Positions 1 to 9,954 are shown, counted from the stretch's first letter. The stretch is DNA of 32,000 nucleotides from Ignicoccus islandicus DSM 13165 (GCF_001481685.1 NZ_CP006867.1:1050001-1082000), one strand, 5' to 3'. A program made the numbers and translations. Notes: generated from the letters alone by a model not told the origin.

Positions 1-1384
1 TAAGGTCTATAATACTCTAACTAGAAAATACGAGGATTTTCAACCCCTTCAACCTCCTCTTGTAAGAATGTACGTTTGCGGTCCTACTGTCTACGATCAC
101 AGTCACATAGGCCACGCGAGAACTTGGGTCGCCTTCGATGTTGTGAAGAGGTACTTACGCTTAAGAGGGTATTTCGTAATACACGTTCAGAACATAACTG
201 ACATCGATGATAAGATAATCAATAGAGCCAACGAGCTTGGGGTTAGCTGGAAGGAAATAGCAGATAAGTACGCAAAGGAGTACTTAGATTTAATGAAAGA
301 GATGAAGGTATTCCCTACCATTCATCCGAGAGTTACCGAACACATTAGCGATATAATAGAATTCATAAAGGACTTAATTGAAAAGGGATACGCATACGTA
401 ACTCCTTCCGGGGTCTACTTCGATGTGGACAAGTATCCATACTACGGTCAACTTTCCGGTGTGAAAGACAAGGAGATGTGGAGTCAAGAGACCTTCGTGA
501 AGGACAAGAAGAACCCATACGATTTCGCTTTGTGGAAGTGTGCTAAGCCCAACGAGCCTTGGTGGGAGAGTCCTTGGTGTAAGGGGAGGCCTGGATGGCA
601 CATAGAGTGTTCCACTATGAGCAGTAAGTACCTGGGAAAGCAATTCGACATACATGGCGGGGCTAGGGACCTAATTTTCCCACATCATGAGAATGAGATA
701 GCGCAGAGCGAGGCCAGGTTCGGGGTAAGGCCATGGGTAAAGTACTGGCTTCACAGCGGTTACTTGACTGTAAAAGGGGAAAAGATGAGCAAGAGCTTGG
801 GTAACATAGTTCCCTTAGTAGATCTATTGAAAGAATATCCGGCCGATGTGGTTAGGTACTGGCTCACCACTGCCCACTATCGCTCGGAACTAGATTTTTC
901 ATATGATAGACTTGACCAAGCGAAGGTAGCCCTTGAGAGAATGAAGATGAGCGTTGACAAGCTTAGGAGAACTGTCGAGAAAGGCTACCCCAAGGGCTCG
1001 CTCAAGGACGAGGAGGTAAAGGCAATTTACGATATATGGAAGCTTAGGGAGGAGTTCCATCAAGCTATGAGCAACGACTTCAATACTCCAGAGGCTTGGG
1101 CCAAGGTAAGGGAGGCCCTCAGAATAGCCAACGAGACGGATTCGTGGGAAGTGGCTGCGATAACGCTCAACTTCGTTGAAGAGGCCGACCAAGTGTTTGC
1201 TGTATTTGAAGAGAAACGCGTGGAGGGCGTGGAACCGTTCGTGGACCTATTAGTTAGAGTTAGAAGTAGGTTAAGGGAAAGGAAAATGTGGGAATTGAGC
1301 GACTGGATAAGATCCGAACTAGATAAGCTCGGGGTAAAGCTATTGGACAAAGGTAGGGAAACTGAATGGAGGTTCGCGAAATGA
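1..1384 (+). CDS. cysS: Cysteinyl-tRNA synthetase (class I aaRS); 5' end runs off the left edge of the window
   Basis: The reading frame is open from position 2 (KVYNTLTRKYEDFQPLQPPLVRMYVCGPTVYD...), so the ATG at 68 is internal. It has the HIGH motif (HIGHARTW), the KMSKS motif (KMSKSLGN) and the WHIECS signature typical of CysRS. Confidence 0.9.
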   Translation, partial: KVYNTLTRKYEDFQPLQPPLVRMYVCGPTVYDHSHIGHARTWVAFDVVKRYLRLRGYFVIHVQNITDIDDKIINRANELGVSWKEIADKYAKEYLDLMKEMKVFPTIHPRVTEHISDIIEFIKDLIEKGYAYVTPSGVYFDVDKYPYYGQLSGVKDKEMWSQETFVKDKKNPYDFALWKCAKPNEPWWESPWCKGRPGWHIECSTMSSKYLGKQFDIHGGARDLIFPHHENEIAQSEARFGVRPWVKYWLHSGYLTVKGEKMSKSLGNIVPLVDLLKEYPADVVRYWLTTAHYRSELDFSYDRLDQAKVALERMKMSVDKLRRTVEKGYPKGSLKDEEVKAIYDIWKLREEFHQAMSNDFNTPEAWAKVREALRIANETDSWEVAAITLNFVEEADQVFAVFEEKRVEGVEPFVDLLVRVRSRLRERKMWELSDWIRSELDKLGVKLLDKGRETEWRFAK

Positions 1385-2052
1385 GGATAGCTAGGGATGC
1401 ATACGCTAGAGAGAAAGGGGCTTACTTGATATACGGATGGGCGGAAGGCGTCGAAGTGAAGGAGGAAGACGCGGAAGTAACTGAATTCTTGAGGAAGGTA
1501 GAGGAGGAGGTTAGGAGAAAGTACGTATTAGAGAAAGTAAAGGACGTTCCAGTAATAAGGGCGTATAGAGACTTTATGTGGAGAATTGGCATTGATCCAA
1601 CTAAGATAAGGCCTTCCTCAGAGGCACTGCTCAGAAGGGCCTTGAGGGGTAGCATCCCTACAATAAATTCTCTGGTCGACCTAGGGAACGCGGTTAGCTT
1701 GAGGTATCTAGTTCCAATAGGAATATATGATTTGGACAAAGCGAAGGACTCAATGATACTGAGAAAAGCGAGGGAAGGCGAGATATTTCTCCCTATTGGG
1801 AAAGGGGAGGTGAGGTTGAACGGGAACGAGGTAGTATTAGCGGACGAAGAGGGACCAATGCACTTGTTCCCTTATAGGGACTCAAGGAGAACCATGGTGA
1901 CCCTAGACACGAAAAGGGCCTTGGTTGTGGGAGCGGGAGTTAACGGCGTAGAAGAGGAACTAGTGAAGAAGGCAGTGAGCGAAATACTGAACTTCCTCCG
2001 CGAGAAAGGCGCTGAGGTGAGCGAAAACGTCTACGGATGTGAGGACATATAG
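1381..2052 (+). CDS. Free-standing B3/B4 (PheRS-beta-like tRNA-binding) domain protein
   Basis: The segment RPSSEALLRRALRGSIPTINSLVDLGNAVSLRYLVPIGIYDLD matches my recollection of the B3_4 domain core (COG3382-type). The ATG at 1381 forms an ATGA overlap with the cysS stop. An alternative ATG lies at 1366. Confidence 0.6.
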   Translation: MRIARDAYAREKGAYLIYGWAEGVEVKEEDAEVTEFLRKVEEEVRRKYVLEKVKDVPVIRAYRDFMWRIGIDPTKIRPSSEALLRRALRGSIPTINSLVDLGNAVSLRYLVPIGIYDLDKAKDSMILRKAREGEIFLPIGKGEVRLNGNEVVLADEEGPMHLFPYRDSRRTMVTLDTKRALVVGAGVNGVEEELVKKAVSEILNFLREKGAEVSENVYGCEDI

Positions 2053-2056
2053 GAAG

Positions 2057-2845
2057 ATGGCTCTCAAAGCGGCTTCCAAGGCCGCGGAGTACTTAAGGAA
2101 CACCTTCCTGAACTCCAACGAAACTGAGATAGTAGAGGACCACGGTTCGGACGTATCTAGGAGAATGGACCTTAAGGCCGAGGAGGTAATAATTAACGTC
2201 TTAAGGGAGGAGGGATTCAAAGGCGCCATAGTAACTGAGGAGAGAGGTACCCTAGGGGAAGGTCCCCCCTTCGCAGTTGTCGATCCAGTGGACGGGAGCT
2301 TGAACTACGTCGTGGGTTCGCCTTACTTCGCGGTCAGTATAGGAATATCGTTGGGAGATTCGTTGGAAGAAGTGGAGGCCGGGGCGCTCTGCCCAGCGTT
2401 CGGCCACCCTTGCTACTCGTTCGAAGGGCCTAGGGCGTTCCAAGGAAGCGAGGAGTTCTCGAAAGGCCGCTTAGAGAAGGTACTATTCTTCTACGGAGAT
2501 CCCCTAATAGAGAGGGAAATGGAGATACTCAAGGGCATATACTCCATCTTAGGTAAACCGAAGATCAGGACTCCCGGGTCTATCTCGCTGGACTTGCTCA
2601 GCGTGGCCAAAGGGAAGGCCCTAGCAGCCGTAGACGTTAGGAGCAAATTGAGAAACGTGGACTTGGCGGCAGCTGTCCCCTTGCTGATTCGCGTAGGCGG
2701 GGGCGTGAACGAGGAAGTCTTGAAAGTGAAGGTCGATGGCGTTAGAGTAGCTGGCGACCTAATTGCTACTTATGATAGAGAATTGTTGAACAAATTATTA
2801 CAGATCTACGCGTCCTTCCCAAAGGACGCGGTGTACGGGGAGTGA
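2057..2845 (+). CDS. Inositol monophosphatase / FBPase family phosphatase
   Basis: The VVDPVDGSLNY motif corresponds to the IMPase-family DPxDG(T/S)xN(F/Y) signature. The ATG at 2057 lies 5 nt after the upstream stop. The maximal ORF starts at GTG 2039. Confidence 0.7.
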   Translation: MALKAASKAAEYLRNTFLNSNETEIVEDHGSDVSRRMDLKAEEVIINVLREEGFKGAIVTEERGTLGEGPPFAVVDPVDGSLNYVVGSPYFAVSIGISLGDSLEEVEAGALCPAFGHPCYSFEGPRAFQGSEEFSKGRLEKVLFFYGDPLIEREMEILKGIYSILGKPKIRTPGSISLDLLSVAKGKALAAVDVRSKLRNVDLAAAVPLLIRVGGGVNEEVLKVKVDGVRVAGDLIATYDRELLNKLLQIYASFPKDAVYGE

Positions 2846-5800
2846 GGCGGAACCAAGCGCTTTACCTAACGATCCTACTGACCATTACCGTCATAGGATA
2901 CCTAGTACCGATACCGAAAGTTAAGAGCGGAATGGCTTCAGCGCCCTTGCTCTCTAGCTCAGCCGAATCAATGAAGGTCTCGAACGTAACCAGTTCCTCA
3001 TCGCTCAATGCGAGCAACGTGATAATATTCAATGTTACCAACGAGGAAATTAGCTTCTCGCCCAACTTCTATGAGAAGGTCGAGAGAATACTATCTGAGT
3101 TCTCTCTTAATTCCTCTCTAAATTACAACATATTGAACGAGGAGATAAGGGATAGGGTCTCGGAAGCGCTCGTTAACTACGTTAAGCAATACTTCCCCTA
3201 TCTCTCGTATATGAAGAGCTTGATAAACCAATTCGACGCGATTTCCATATACGTTGTAGAGCAAATGAGTTCCCTCTGGAACTTAAAGCTTCTTTTAGAG
3301 AACTTGGATAGCGTTAAGAGAAACGTCTATAGCGAATTACTGAACGTATCTAAGGCCGTTAACGAATTCGAAGAAAAATTCTACCAAACGGAAATTGAAA
3401 CTTACTTGAAGCTTAACGAGAGCGAGGCTTTGTTAAACGAGAAGTTGGAGATGGCTAGGAAAATTTACGATTCGATCGTTAAGGTGAACGAGGTCTTCCG
3501 TCAGATATATTCGAAGTTCAACCGAGTATTGGAGCTGGAATGTTCTAAAGGAGGCCTATCGATCAGGGAAGTAAGCGTAATTATTAGCGAATCTAACTCT
3601 ACTCTTGAAAGAACGTTCGGTAATGTTCTATCTAATGCGTTCTTAGAGACTGCGGCTGCTTGGCCGAAGGACTTGAACGAAATATGTAAGGACCCGAGGC
3701 AGAGGTCCTCCTTCGTTGCACAGACCCTAGCTAGGTTCGTTTCCATAGCACCGGATTCCCTATCAAATGACGTAGGGGAATTATTCGGTTTAGATCCAGA
3801 ATCATCTAAGACCATAATTACCATCGCATTGAGCTTGGGACCAAAGGTTAAGAGAGAAGTCTTGGAATCGGCCTTCGTTGAAGCCCTAAGGCTAATTTAC
3901 AACGTCCCTGCCAACGAGGCAATACTCCTACTAGGAGGCATAAAGGGTCACGCTGAGGCTCGGGCCGAACTTATAATAAAATATATGAACGTGACCAACG
4001 GATGCATCGCTACCGCAATTAGGGAGAGCGTAACGACGAATTCCCCCCTAAGCGTTTCCCTATCGCGATGCGAAACGGAAGGCCTCTTAAAGGTCCTTAA
4101 CGATCTCTATGGCGTTGATCCGCTCTCCCTTAACGTGAGCTTAGCCTACAGGGGCCTCACGAGCGACTGGCTAGATTACTTCGCTAAGGAAACCATTTAC
4201 GAGAAATTGAGGGGGTTCGGGGTCCCCCATCCAATAGCTTTCGAGATAGCGTTCGAGGGGGTTAAACCGAGCGAGTACGAAGTGCTATATCAGACCCTCA
4301 ACGCTAGCGGCTCCCTTTACGCAAAGGAAATAGCTTTCGCTATGGCCCATTCGAAGGACTTCGAGCAAGCAAAGAAGATAGCGCTAGTTAACGTCTTCAA
4401 GGGCTACGTCAAGGAATTGGAAGCCAGTGGCTTAAGTCAAAAGGCGGCCGAACTACTTCTAAGTTACCTGCTCGCTTGGACGCCAGGTCTCAATGACGAG
4501 CTAGTAAATCAAATAGTGTTCAAGGTAGTAGTTACGGAACTTATGGAAAGGTCCTCTTCTTTCGCGCTTTCTCAGCTCGTATTCAAACTGATAGACGTAA
4601 ACGAATTCGTCAAGGAACTGATTCAATGTCCCGATATAGATTGCGCTCTGGAGAAAACCAACGAATTAAGTTCGGAGCTCGCTTCGAAGTTCATATCTAA
4701 GTACACCGCTTACGAGCTTCTAGTCGGAAAGGACGAGAAACACCCGATCTTTCTAATTAGTTCCCCATTGAGGTACGAGGAAGTTTCGAAGATCAAGAGC
4801 GTTCTAAGTAACTTAAGCGGCGTAAGGGACGTTCACTTCACCGGTACGGACCTCCTGAACGAGGACGTCCAACTCCACGTTAACGAAAGCTTGAACGACG
4901 TGAACTTGTTCTCAACCGTTGCCGTGTTGTTAGTATTGCTTCTATCGACGAGGAGTTTGAAACTGACCTTCATCCCACTAATTATAATTTTGATAGTACT
5001 GAAGGTGTACGATCTAGTTCTCTTCGCCTTGTCTCAAGTAACGGGCTTCGTTCCGGGTACGATAGACTTGATAGTGGCAACGGCAACGGTACTGGGTGTA
5101 GGGATAGACTACACCCTTTACGCAACCAGCAGGTCGAGGGAGGTCGGTCTAAAGGAAGCGATGAAACCTATACTGCTGGCCTCCGGTGTAGCTTCAACGG
5201 GATTCTTGCTCTTCGGTGCCCTCGCAACAGTGTTCCTCCCAAGCTTGAGCTCAATAGGAGTAAGCGTCCCATTAGCGATAATGCTCACTTCTACTCTAGG
5301 TCCGCTAATGGCCTCATCCATTGCAGACGTCCTTAACGTAGAACCGATGCCCATGCCGAGGAAGAAGCCTGGGTTGGCTGCTCTATCTGTCGAGTTCCCC
5401 AGGCTAACGGTCGCTCTGGCGTTGACCTTAGCGCTGATAGGCGTTCTAACCCTCAGGTACTGGCCTCCCGGATACGACTTGTTCCTCTTCCTACCTCCGG
5501 ACGCCCCTTCAGTGAAGAGCCTAAGCGTTCTAGAGGAGTACTCTAGCCCGGGCGTTATAGGGCAAACAGTAATCTTGTTGAAGCTAAGGAACTCAAGTTC
5601 TATAGCAGAAGTTACTGAGCAGATAGATAACTTAGTCCAGTACTTCTTGGAGAGCGGTTACTTCGATTACGCCTTCACCGTTACCAGACCCTTAGGCAAG
5701 TTCGTTAGCTACGACTACGACGCCCTGAAGCTCTTGGGGGCGGATCGCTTCGTTAAGGGAAGTTACGTAGTAATTTACTTGTTACCTCATTACCCGCCGG

Positions 5801-6468
5801 ATAGCAACGTAATGATAGATTACGTCGGATACATGAGGTCTTTCTTAAAGAAATGGGTTAGTTCGAAGAACCAGTTCTTCGAAGAGGCCTTGGTTGGAGG
5901 AGAGAGTGCAATCAATTACGACGTGTCAAACGCAATAAACAACGTAATTTTGAGTTACATGACGCCTTTGATGATAATACTTAGCTCGGCTATATTCGTA
6001 GTTGTGTTTGAAAGAATGGAATTCATTTTGGCAACGGCCATCTCCACTTTAGTGCCAATAGCCGTTTCGTTGGGTCTCAGTAACTTGTTGTTCAGGACCT
6101 TGTTCTCGATTCCTATGCTGTGGTTAGTAGTACCCCTGTTAGTTACAGCAATACTAAGCATAGGTAGCGATTACTTAGTTTTCTACCTATACGGGGTTAA
6201 GGAGGGCATGGAGAAGTGTAAAGTGAGGTTAAACGGGGAATGCGTTAACATGCTGAACGTACTGCTTTACACCTCATCCAAGCTATCTAAACTCATTATG
6301 GGCTTCGCCTTAACTTTCTCAGTTGCTTACTTATCGATGGTAGCTTCCAAGATATGGGCCCTTAGGGAGATAGGTGCCTCTATAGGCTTAGCGGCGATAC
6401 TCCTACTGATATCCGTGGCTTACACTCTAGTACCGGCCGTGCTGGCACTAGTGTACAGGAGGCGATGA
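2842..6468 (+). CDS. MMPL/RND-superfamily membrane protein (COG1033-like predicted exporter) with a very large first extracytoplasmic loop
   Basis: It has one N-terminal TM segment, then about 660 aa of hydrophilic, coiled-coil-like, sequon-rich sequence. Two multi-TM bundles follow, carrying GVGIDYTLY and IGSDYLVFY motifs typical of MMPL/SSD-type RND domains. The GTG start forms a GTGA overlap with the upstream stop. Confidence 0.7.
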   Translation: MRRNQALYLTILLTITVIGYLVPIPKVKSGMASAPLLSSSAESMKVSNVTSSSSLNASNVIIFNVTNEEISFSPNFYEKVERILSEFSLNSSLNYNILNEEIRDRVSEALVNYVKQYFPYLSYMKSLINQFDAISIYVVEQMSSLWNLKLLLENLDSVKRNVYSELLNVSKAVNEFEEKFYQTEIETYLKLNESEALLNEKLEMARKIYDSIVKVNEVFRQIYSKFNRVLELECSKGGLSIREVSVIISESNSTLERTFGNVLSNAFLETAAAWPKDLNEICKDPRQRSSFVAQTLARFVSIAPDSLSNDVGELFGLDPESSKTIITIALSLGPKVKREVLESAFVEALRLIYNVPANEAILLLGGIKGHAEARAELIIKYMNVTNGCIATAIRESVTTNSPLSVSLSRCETEGLLKVLNDLYGVDPLSLNVSLAYRGLTSDWLDYFAKETIYEKLRGFGVPHPIAFEIAFEGVKPSEYEVLYQTLNASGSLYAKEIAFAMAHSKDFEQAKKIALVNVFKGYVKELEASGLSQKAAELLLSYLLAWTPGLNDELVNQIVFKVVVTELMERSSSFALSQLVFKLIDVNEFVKELIQCPDIDCALEKTNELSSELASKFISKYTAYELLVGKDEKHPIFLISSPLRYEEVSKIKSVLSNLSGVRDVHFTGTDLLNEDVQLHVNESLNDVNLFSTVAVLLVLLLSTRSLKLTFIPLIIILIVLKVYDLVLFALSQVTGFVPGTIDLIVATATVLGVGIDYTLYATSRSREVGLKEAMKPILLASGVASTGFLLFGALATVFLPSLSSIGVSVPLAIMLTSTLGPLMASSIADVLNVEPMPMPRKKPGLAALSVEFPRLTVALALTLALIGVLTLRYWPPGYDLFLFLPPDAPSVKSLSVLEEYSSPGVIGQTVILLKLRNSSSIAEVTEQIDNLVQYFLESGYFDYAFTVTRPLGKFVSYDYDALKLLGADRFVKGSYVVIYLLPHYPPDSNVMIDYVGYMRSFLKKWVSSKNQFFEEALVGGESAINYDVSNAINNVILSYMTPLMIILSSAIFVVVFERMEFILATAISTLVPIAVSLGLSNLLFRTLFSIPMLWLVVPLLVTAILSIGSDYLVFYLYGVKEGMEKCKVRLNGECVNMLNVLLYTSSKLSKLIMGFALTFSVAYLSMVASKIWALREIGASIGLAAILLLISVAYTLVPAVLALVYRRR

Positions 6469-6582
6469 GAGCCGCGTCGGAAGCCGATTCGATGATGGTA
6501 TTGGCTACATTTCGAGCCTTCAAATTAAACCCCCTCTAGTTCAATTCCTCGGTGAACTACCTTCTATCCAGTCATAGTTGCC

Positions 6583-7167
6583 TTGGATCCTCCAATAGGT
6601 GAGGGATGGGAATGGGCACTGAAAGTGGCCGAAAGGCTGAAGGGTAAGGTGAGGGCGTTCAAGGTCGGATGGCCCCTCTTACTTGAAGGGAATAGGGTGA
6701 GGGAACTAAGGGAGTACGGCGAAGTTATAGCTGATTTGAAGTTAGCGGACATAAGTTACACAATGATAAACATCGTTAAGAGAGTTGGAGCTGACGCATA
6801 CATAGCCCACGCCTTCGTTGGAAGGAAGGACGCATTAAGGGAACTTAGAAGGGAAGTCGACAAGCTCTATCTGCTGGTTTCAATGAGTCACGAAGGTTCC
6901 AAGGAGTTCATTGATCTCCACTGGAGGGAGTTCGTTTTAGAAGCATACGAACTGGCCGACGGAATAGTTGCTCCCGCTACTAAGCCGGAGTTAATAAGGA
7001 AGGTAAGGGCCATTTGGCTCAAGGAGATAATATCTCCCGGTGTTGGAGCGCAAGGAGCCCTACCTTGCTCAGCGATAAGGGCTGGCGCCAACTACGAAAT
7101 AATAGGTAGAAGCCTAACGCGAGCCGAAGATCCAATATCGTTCCTTGAATCTCACTACCCGTGTTAG
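6583..7167 (+). CDS. pyrF: Orotidine 5'-phosphate decarboxylase
   Basis: Motifs seen are KVGWPLL, DLKLADI and IIGRSLTRAEDP. The annotated TTG start is the Leu of the conserved (V)ALD motif, so the 5' boundary is uncertain (see findings). Confidence 0.8.
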   Translation: MDPPIGEGWEWALKVAERLKGKVRAFKVGWPLLLEGNRVRELREYGEVIADLKLADISYTMINIVKRVGADAYIAHAFVGRKDALRELRREVDKLYLLVSMSHEGSKEFIDLHWREFVLEAYELADGIVAPATKPELIRKVRAIWLKEIISPGVGAQGALPCSAIRAGANYEIIGRSLTRAEDPISFLESHYPC

Positions 7168-7666
7168 CGTCGCCTTCGCTCCACCAAAGCCGATCATCGC
7201 TGGGGATAAAGCTCAGATCGTCCCTGCACGCTCATCCGCTTCCGTTGTACTCAACGCCTTCGGGCCTTTATAGACGAAGACCCTCTCAGTTCTATTTCAA
7301 AATTTGAACTCGATTGATTTAGTTTTCTTCGGGCTTCAAAAATTCTATTATAATGTATAGTTCTTTAAAGAATCTTCCAACCTCTCCATGGGTTCCGAGC
7401 TGGTTTCATTTCAAAACCATTTTTCTCCATTCACATTAAAATAAGGGTACGTTTGGGGATCTTCTAGGATTCCCCATCAAATCGGGGACTTCATCATGAG
7501 ATTAGGTTAGGTTACTAAAGGAAACTAGAAAAGCAAATAAACTCCAAATTAGAGATAACCTTGGAAGGGCGTGGGTTGAAACGAAAGAAAACGGAAAGAT
7601 TTAATTGAAGAGTCAAACCGTGTATACTTTTAAGTTAAAATTTAAATAAGACGAAAAGGCTAATAA

Positions 7667-8233
7667 ATGTCACAAGACTGTATCTCAGCGATTAGGGAAG
7701 AGGTGCTTAGTTGCTGTTCATGCGAACTATGCAAATATAGGACGAGGCCCGTCCCGGGAGAGCTCATGGGCAGTGGAAAGTTATTCTTAGTTGGGGAAGC
7801 GCCCGGAAAGAGGGAAGACGAACTCGGTAGACCGTTCGTGGGTAAGGCCGGGATCCTCCTCAGGAAAACGTTAGATGAGGTTGGAGCGAAAGACGTATAC
7901 ATTACCAATGCCGTTAAGTGCAGACCACCTAACAACAGAACCCCCACTAGGTCTGAAATAGAAACGTGTAAACCATATTTAATTAGAGAAATATCTTGCT
8001 TAAGGCCTAAGGTGATAGTTGCCCTCGGAAAAACAGCTTCCTACGCGCTCTTGGGAGTGGATAGAAGCTTGAAGGAAATGAGGGGTAGGAGGTTTCAAGC
8101 CGAGTACGGAGGAGTCAAAGTTGATGTAATAGTTACCTATCATCCCGCTGCTGTAGTTCGGAACCCCAAATACTTACTGCCCTTTAAGTTCGATATAAGA
8201 AGGGCTTGGGAAGAGGTTAAAGGGTTAGGTTGA
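7667..8233 (+). CDS. udg: Uracil-DNA glycosylase, family 4 (Fe-S type)
   Basis: Motifs seen are [33 protein letters not shown] and a C-terminal HPAA. Four Cys residues (CCSCELC...C...C) are arranged as in the family-4 Fe-S cluster UDGs of thermophiles. Confidence 0.9.
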   Translation: MSQDCISAIREEVLSCCSCELCKYRTRPVPGELMGSGKLFLVGEAPGKREDELGRPFVGKAGILLRKTLDEVGAKDVYITNAVKCRPPNNRTPTRSEIETCKPYLIREISCLRPKVIVALGKTASYALLGVDRSLKEMRGRRFQAEYGGVKVDVIVTYHPAAVVRNPKYLLPFKFDIRRAWEEVKGLG

Positions 8234-9536
8234 GGGCCATTTCCAGGTATTCCTTGAATCTCTTTAAGGCAACTTCGTTTAGTTCGTAGCCGTAGTGAAC
8301 TTTCACGTACTCCCGTCTAAATTCAATTACCTTCTCCCTAACTTCCTTCGGGTCCTTTCCGTTTAGTACATCCGAGATGAACTTCGCTATTTCCTTCATC
8401 TCCCCTTCCTTCATACCGAACCTGGTCATCTCTTGAACGCCTAACCTTATTCCGCTTGGATTCGCTATCGCGTCCGGCGGATCCCATGGCAACAAGTTCT
8501 TGTTAGCTATTATGTTGGCTTCCTCTAGCCTCACTACCGCTTCCGCTGCACCTCCCCTATCTGAGAGATCGAGTATCACTTGATGCGTCCGAGTGAAGCC
8601 TAACTTCTCGCCTAAGACCTTCACGCCCAACGAATGAAGTTCTTCCGCTAGCGCCTTCGCGTTCGATACTATTTGCTTCGCGTATTCTTCCCCGAAGTTC
8701 ATCATTTCGATGGCGGTGACTGCTAGAGAGGGTAGCCGGTGAGCGTGATGGTTGCTCACGAACACAGGGAATACTATTTTCGAGATCTTCTTGTATAGAT
8801 CCCTATCGTTCGTTAGGATGACCCCGCCTTGGGGTCCGGGGAAGGTCTTGTGAGTGGAAGCAGTCATGACGTCAGCGCCTTCCGTTAACGGGTTAGATAG
8901 AGCCTTGCCGGCAATTAGACCCAATACGTGAGCCGCGTCGTATACTACCTTAGCCCCGACCGCGTGGGCTGCCTCGGCTATTTCCTTTACTGGGTGCGGG
9001 AATGGGTACATGCTACCTCCGAGGACGACGAAGCTTGGCTTAACCTCTTCGATCATCTTAACCGCTTTATCGACATCTATGTTGAAATTGTCCTTATCGT
9101 AAGGCATTTCTATGTGTTCGATGCCTAGGGCACCTAAGATACCGAACTTGGTATGGGAGACGTGGGAGCCTGCTTGAACTGGGGGAATTAGAGCCTTCTT
9201 CCCGCAACCTCCGAGCGCGTAGAACACGGTTCCGTTGGCAGTAGTTCCGCTAACAGGCCTCACTTCCGCGTAATTAGCAGAGAACAACTTCGACATTAGA
9301 TCGGAAGCTAACAGCTCTATTTCGTCTATATATTTCGTCCCCTGATAGTACCTCTTCCTAGGCTTTCCTTCTGCGTATCTATGTAACATGTCGTTTAAGT
9401 AAAGGCTTTCGGCGAGCGGGCTCATTACGTTTTCGCTAGCTATCAAATTTATCGTGGAATGCCTCCATTTATCGTGTTCTGAAACAATAGAAACTATCCT
9501 GTTTATGAGGTCCTCCAATCTCGTACGCCAGTTCAT
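8217..9536 (-). CDS. glyA: Serine hydroxymethyltransferase
   Basis: It has [10 protein letters not shown] and the PLP-lysine motif [11 protein letters not shown], at full length (439 aa). Its 3' end overlaps udg convergently by 17 nt. Confidence 0.95.
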   Translation of the reverse strand: MNWRTRLEDLINRIVSIVSEHDKWRHSTINLIASENVMSPLAESLYLNDMLHRYAEGKPRKRYYQGTKYIDEIELLASDLMSKLFSANYAEVRPVSGTTANGTVFYALGGCGKKALIPPVQAGSHVSHTKFGILGALGIEHIEMPYDKDNFNIDVDKAVKMIEEVKPSFVVLGGSMYPFPHPVKEIAEAAHAVGAKVVYDAAHVLGLIAGKALSNPLTEGADVMTASTHKTFPGPQGGVILTNDRDLYKKISKIVFPVFVSNHHAHRLPSLAVTAIEMMNFGEEYAKQIVSNAKALAEELHSLGVKVLGEKLGFTRTHQVILDLSDRGGAAEAVVRLEEANIIANKNLLPWDPPDAIANPSGIRLGVQEMTRFGMKEGEMKEIAKFISDVLNGKDPKEVREKVIEFRREYVKVHYGYELNEVALKRFKEYLEMALNLTL

Positions 9537-9600
9537 CCTATTCCTTTATCCTTATTAAAAGCGTGACGACGATGTGGAAATAGTTCCTACGAAAGCAACT

Positions 9601-9954
9601 TTAGCTCTCGTTCTTACTTATGCTCAACTTCCTCCTAATTTCTATTGCCTTTTCGAGGTTCGAAAGCCATATGTTGAGTTCGTCAGCCTCTAACTTCGTG
9701 GCCTTAGGTATCTTCGAAGTGAAGTCAATGACCTTTTCTAGGATTGCGTTAATTAAGTCGTCTAGAGTGTTATCGACCTTTATTTCAGTTTCCTCCCTAC
9801 GGGACGTTATCTTTCGTATCTCTCCATGGATTGGGCAGACTATCCTCCCGTCTTTGAGCTTGTAGAGGGGCGATCCACACAGAGGGCACGTTTCCGGTAA
9901 CATCACCGCGCCTTCTTTCAAGAGTTCCGCTGCCCTTTTCACAACGTCTACCAT
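9601..9954 (-). CDS. Small Zn-ribbon protein, autoantigen-p27-like (UPF0148-type)
   Basis: The N-terminal helix is followed by CPLCGSPLYKLKDGRIVCPIHG, a CxxC...CxxH zinc ribbon. A helical C-terminus follows, in the same arrangement as the archaeal p27-like family. Confidence 0.65.
   Translation of the reverse strand: MVDVVKRAAELLKEGAVMLPETCPLCGSPLYKLKDGRIVCPIHGEIRKITSRREETEIKVDNTLDDLINAILEKVIDFTSKIPKATKLEADELNIWLSNLEKAIEIRRKLSISKNES

Noticed and set aside
7440-7500. Possible C/D-box sRNA on the minus strand (ATGATGA at 7491-7497, followed by TGATGG)
   Set aside because: There is no CUGA D or D' box at the required 10-12-nt spacings and no terminal stem, so it does not satisfy the C/D architecture.
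7575-7587. GTTGAAACGAAAG, reminiscent of the GTGGAAAC(G/A)AA core of archaeal origin recognition boxes, raising the idea that the AT-rich gap is a replication origin
   Set aside because: It is a single imperfect copy with no inverted partner flanking an unwinding element. There is no orc1/cdc6 or whiP gene in the window, and my recollection of the ORB consensus is approximate.
9551-9561. CTTTTAATAAG (minus strand) as the glyA TATA box
   Set aside because: Its 3' edge is only about 14 nt from the glyA ATG, so the predicted TSS would fall inside the gene. glyA is more likely co-transcribed with the upstream Zn-ribbon gene or uses another element.
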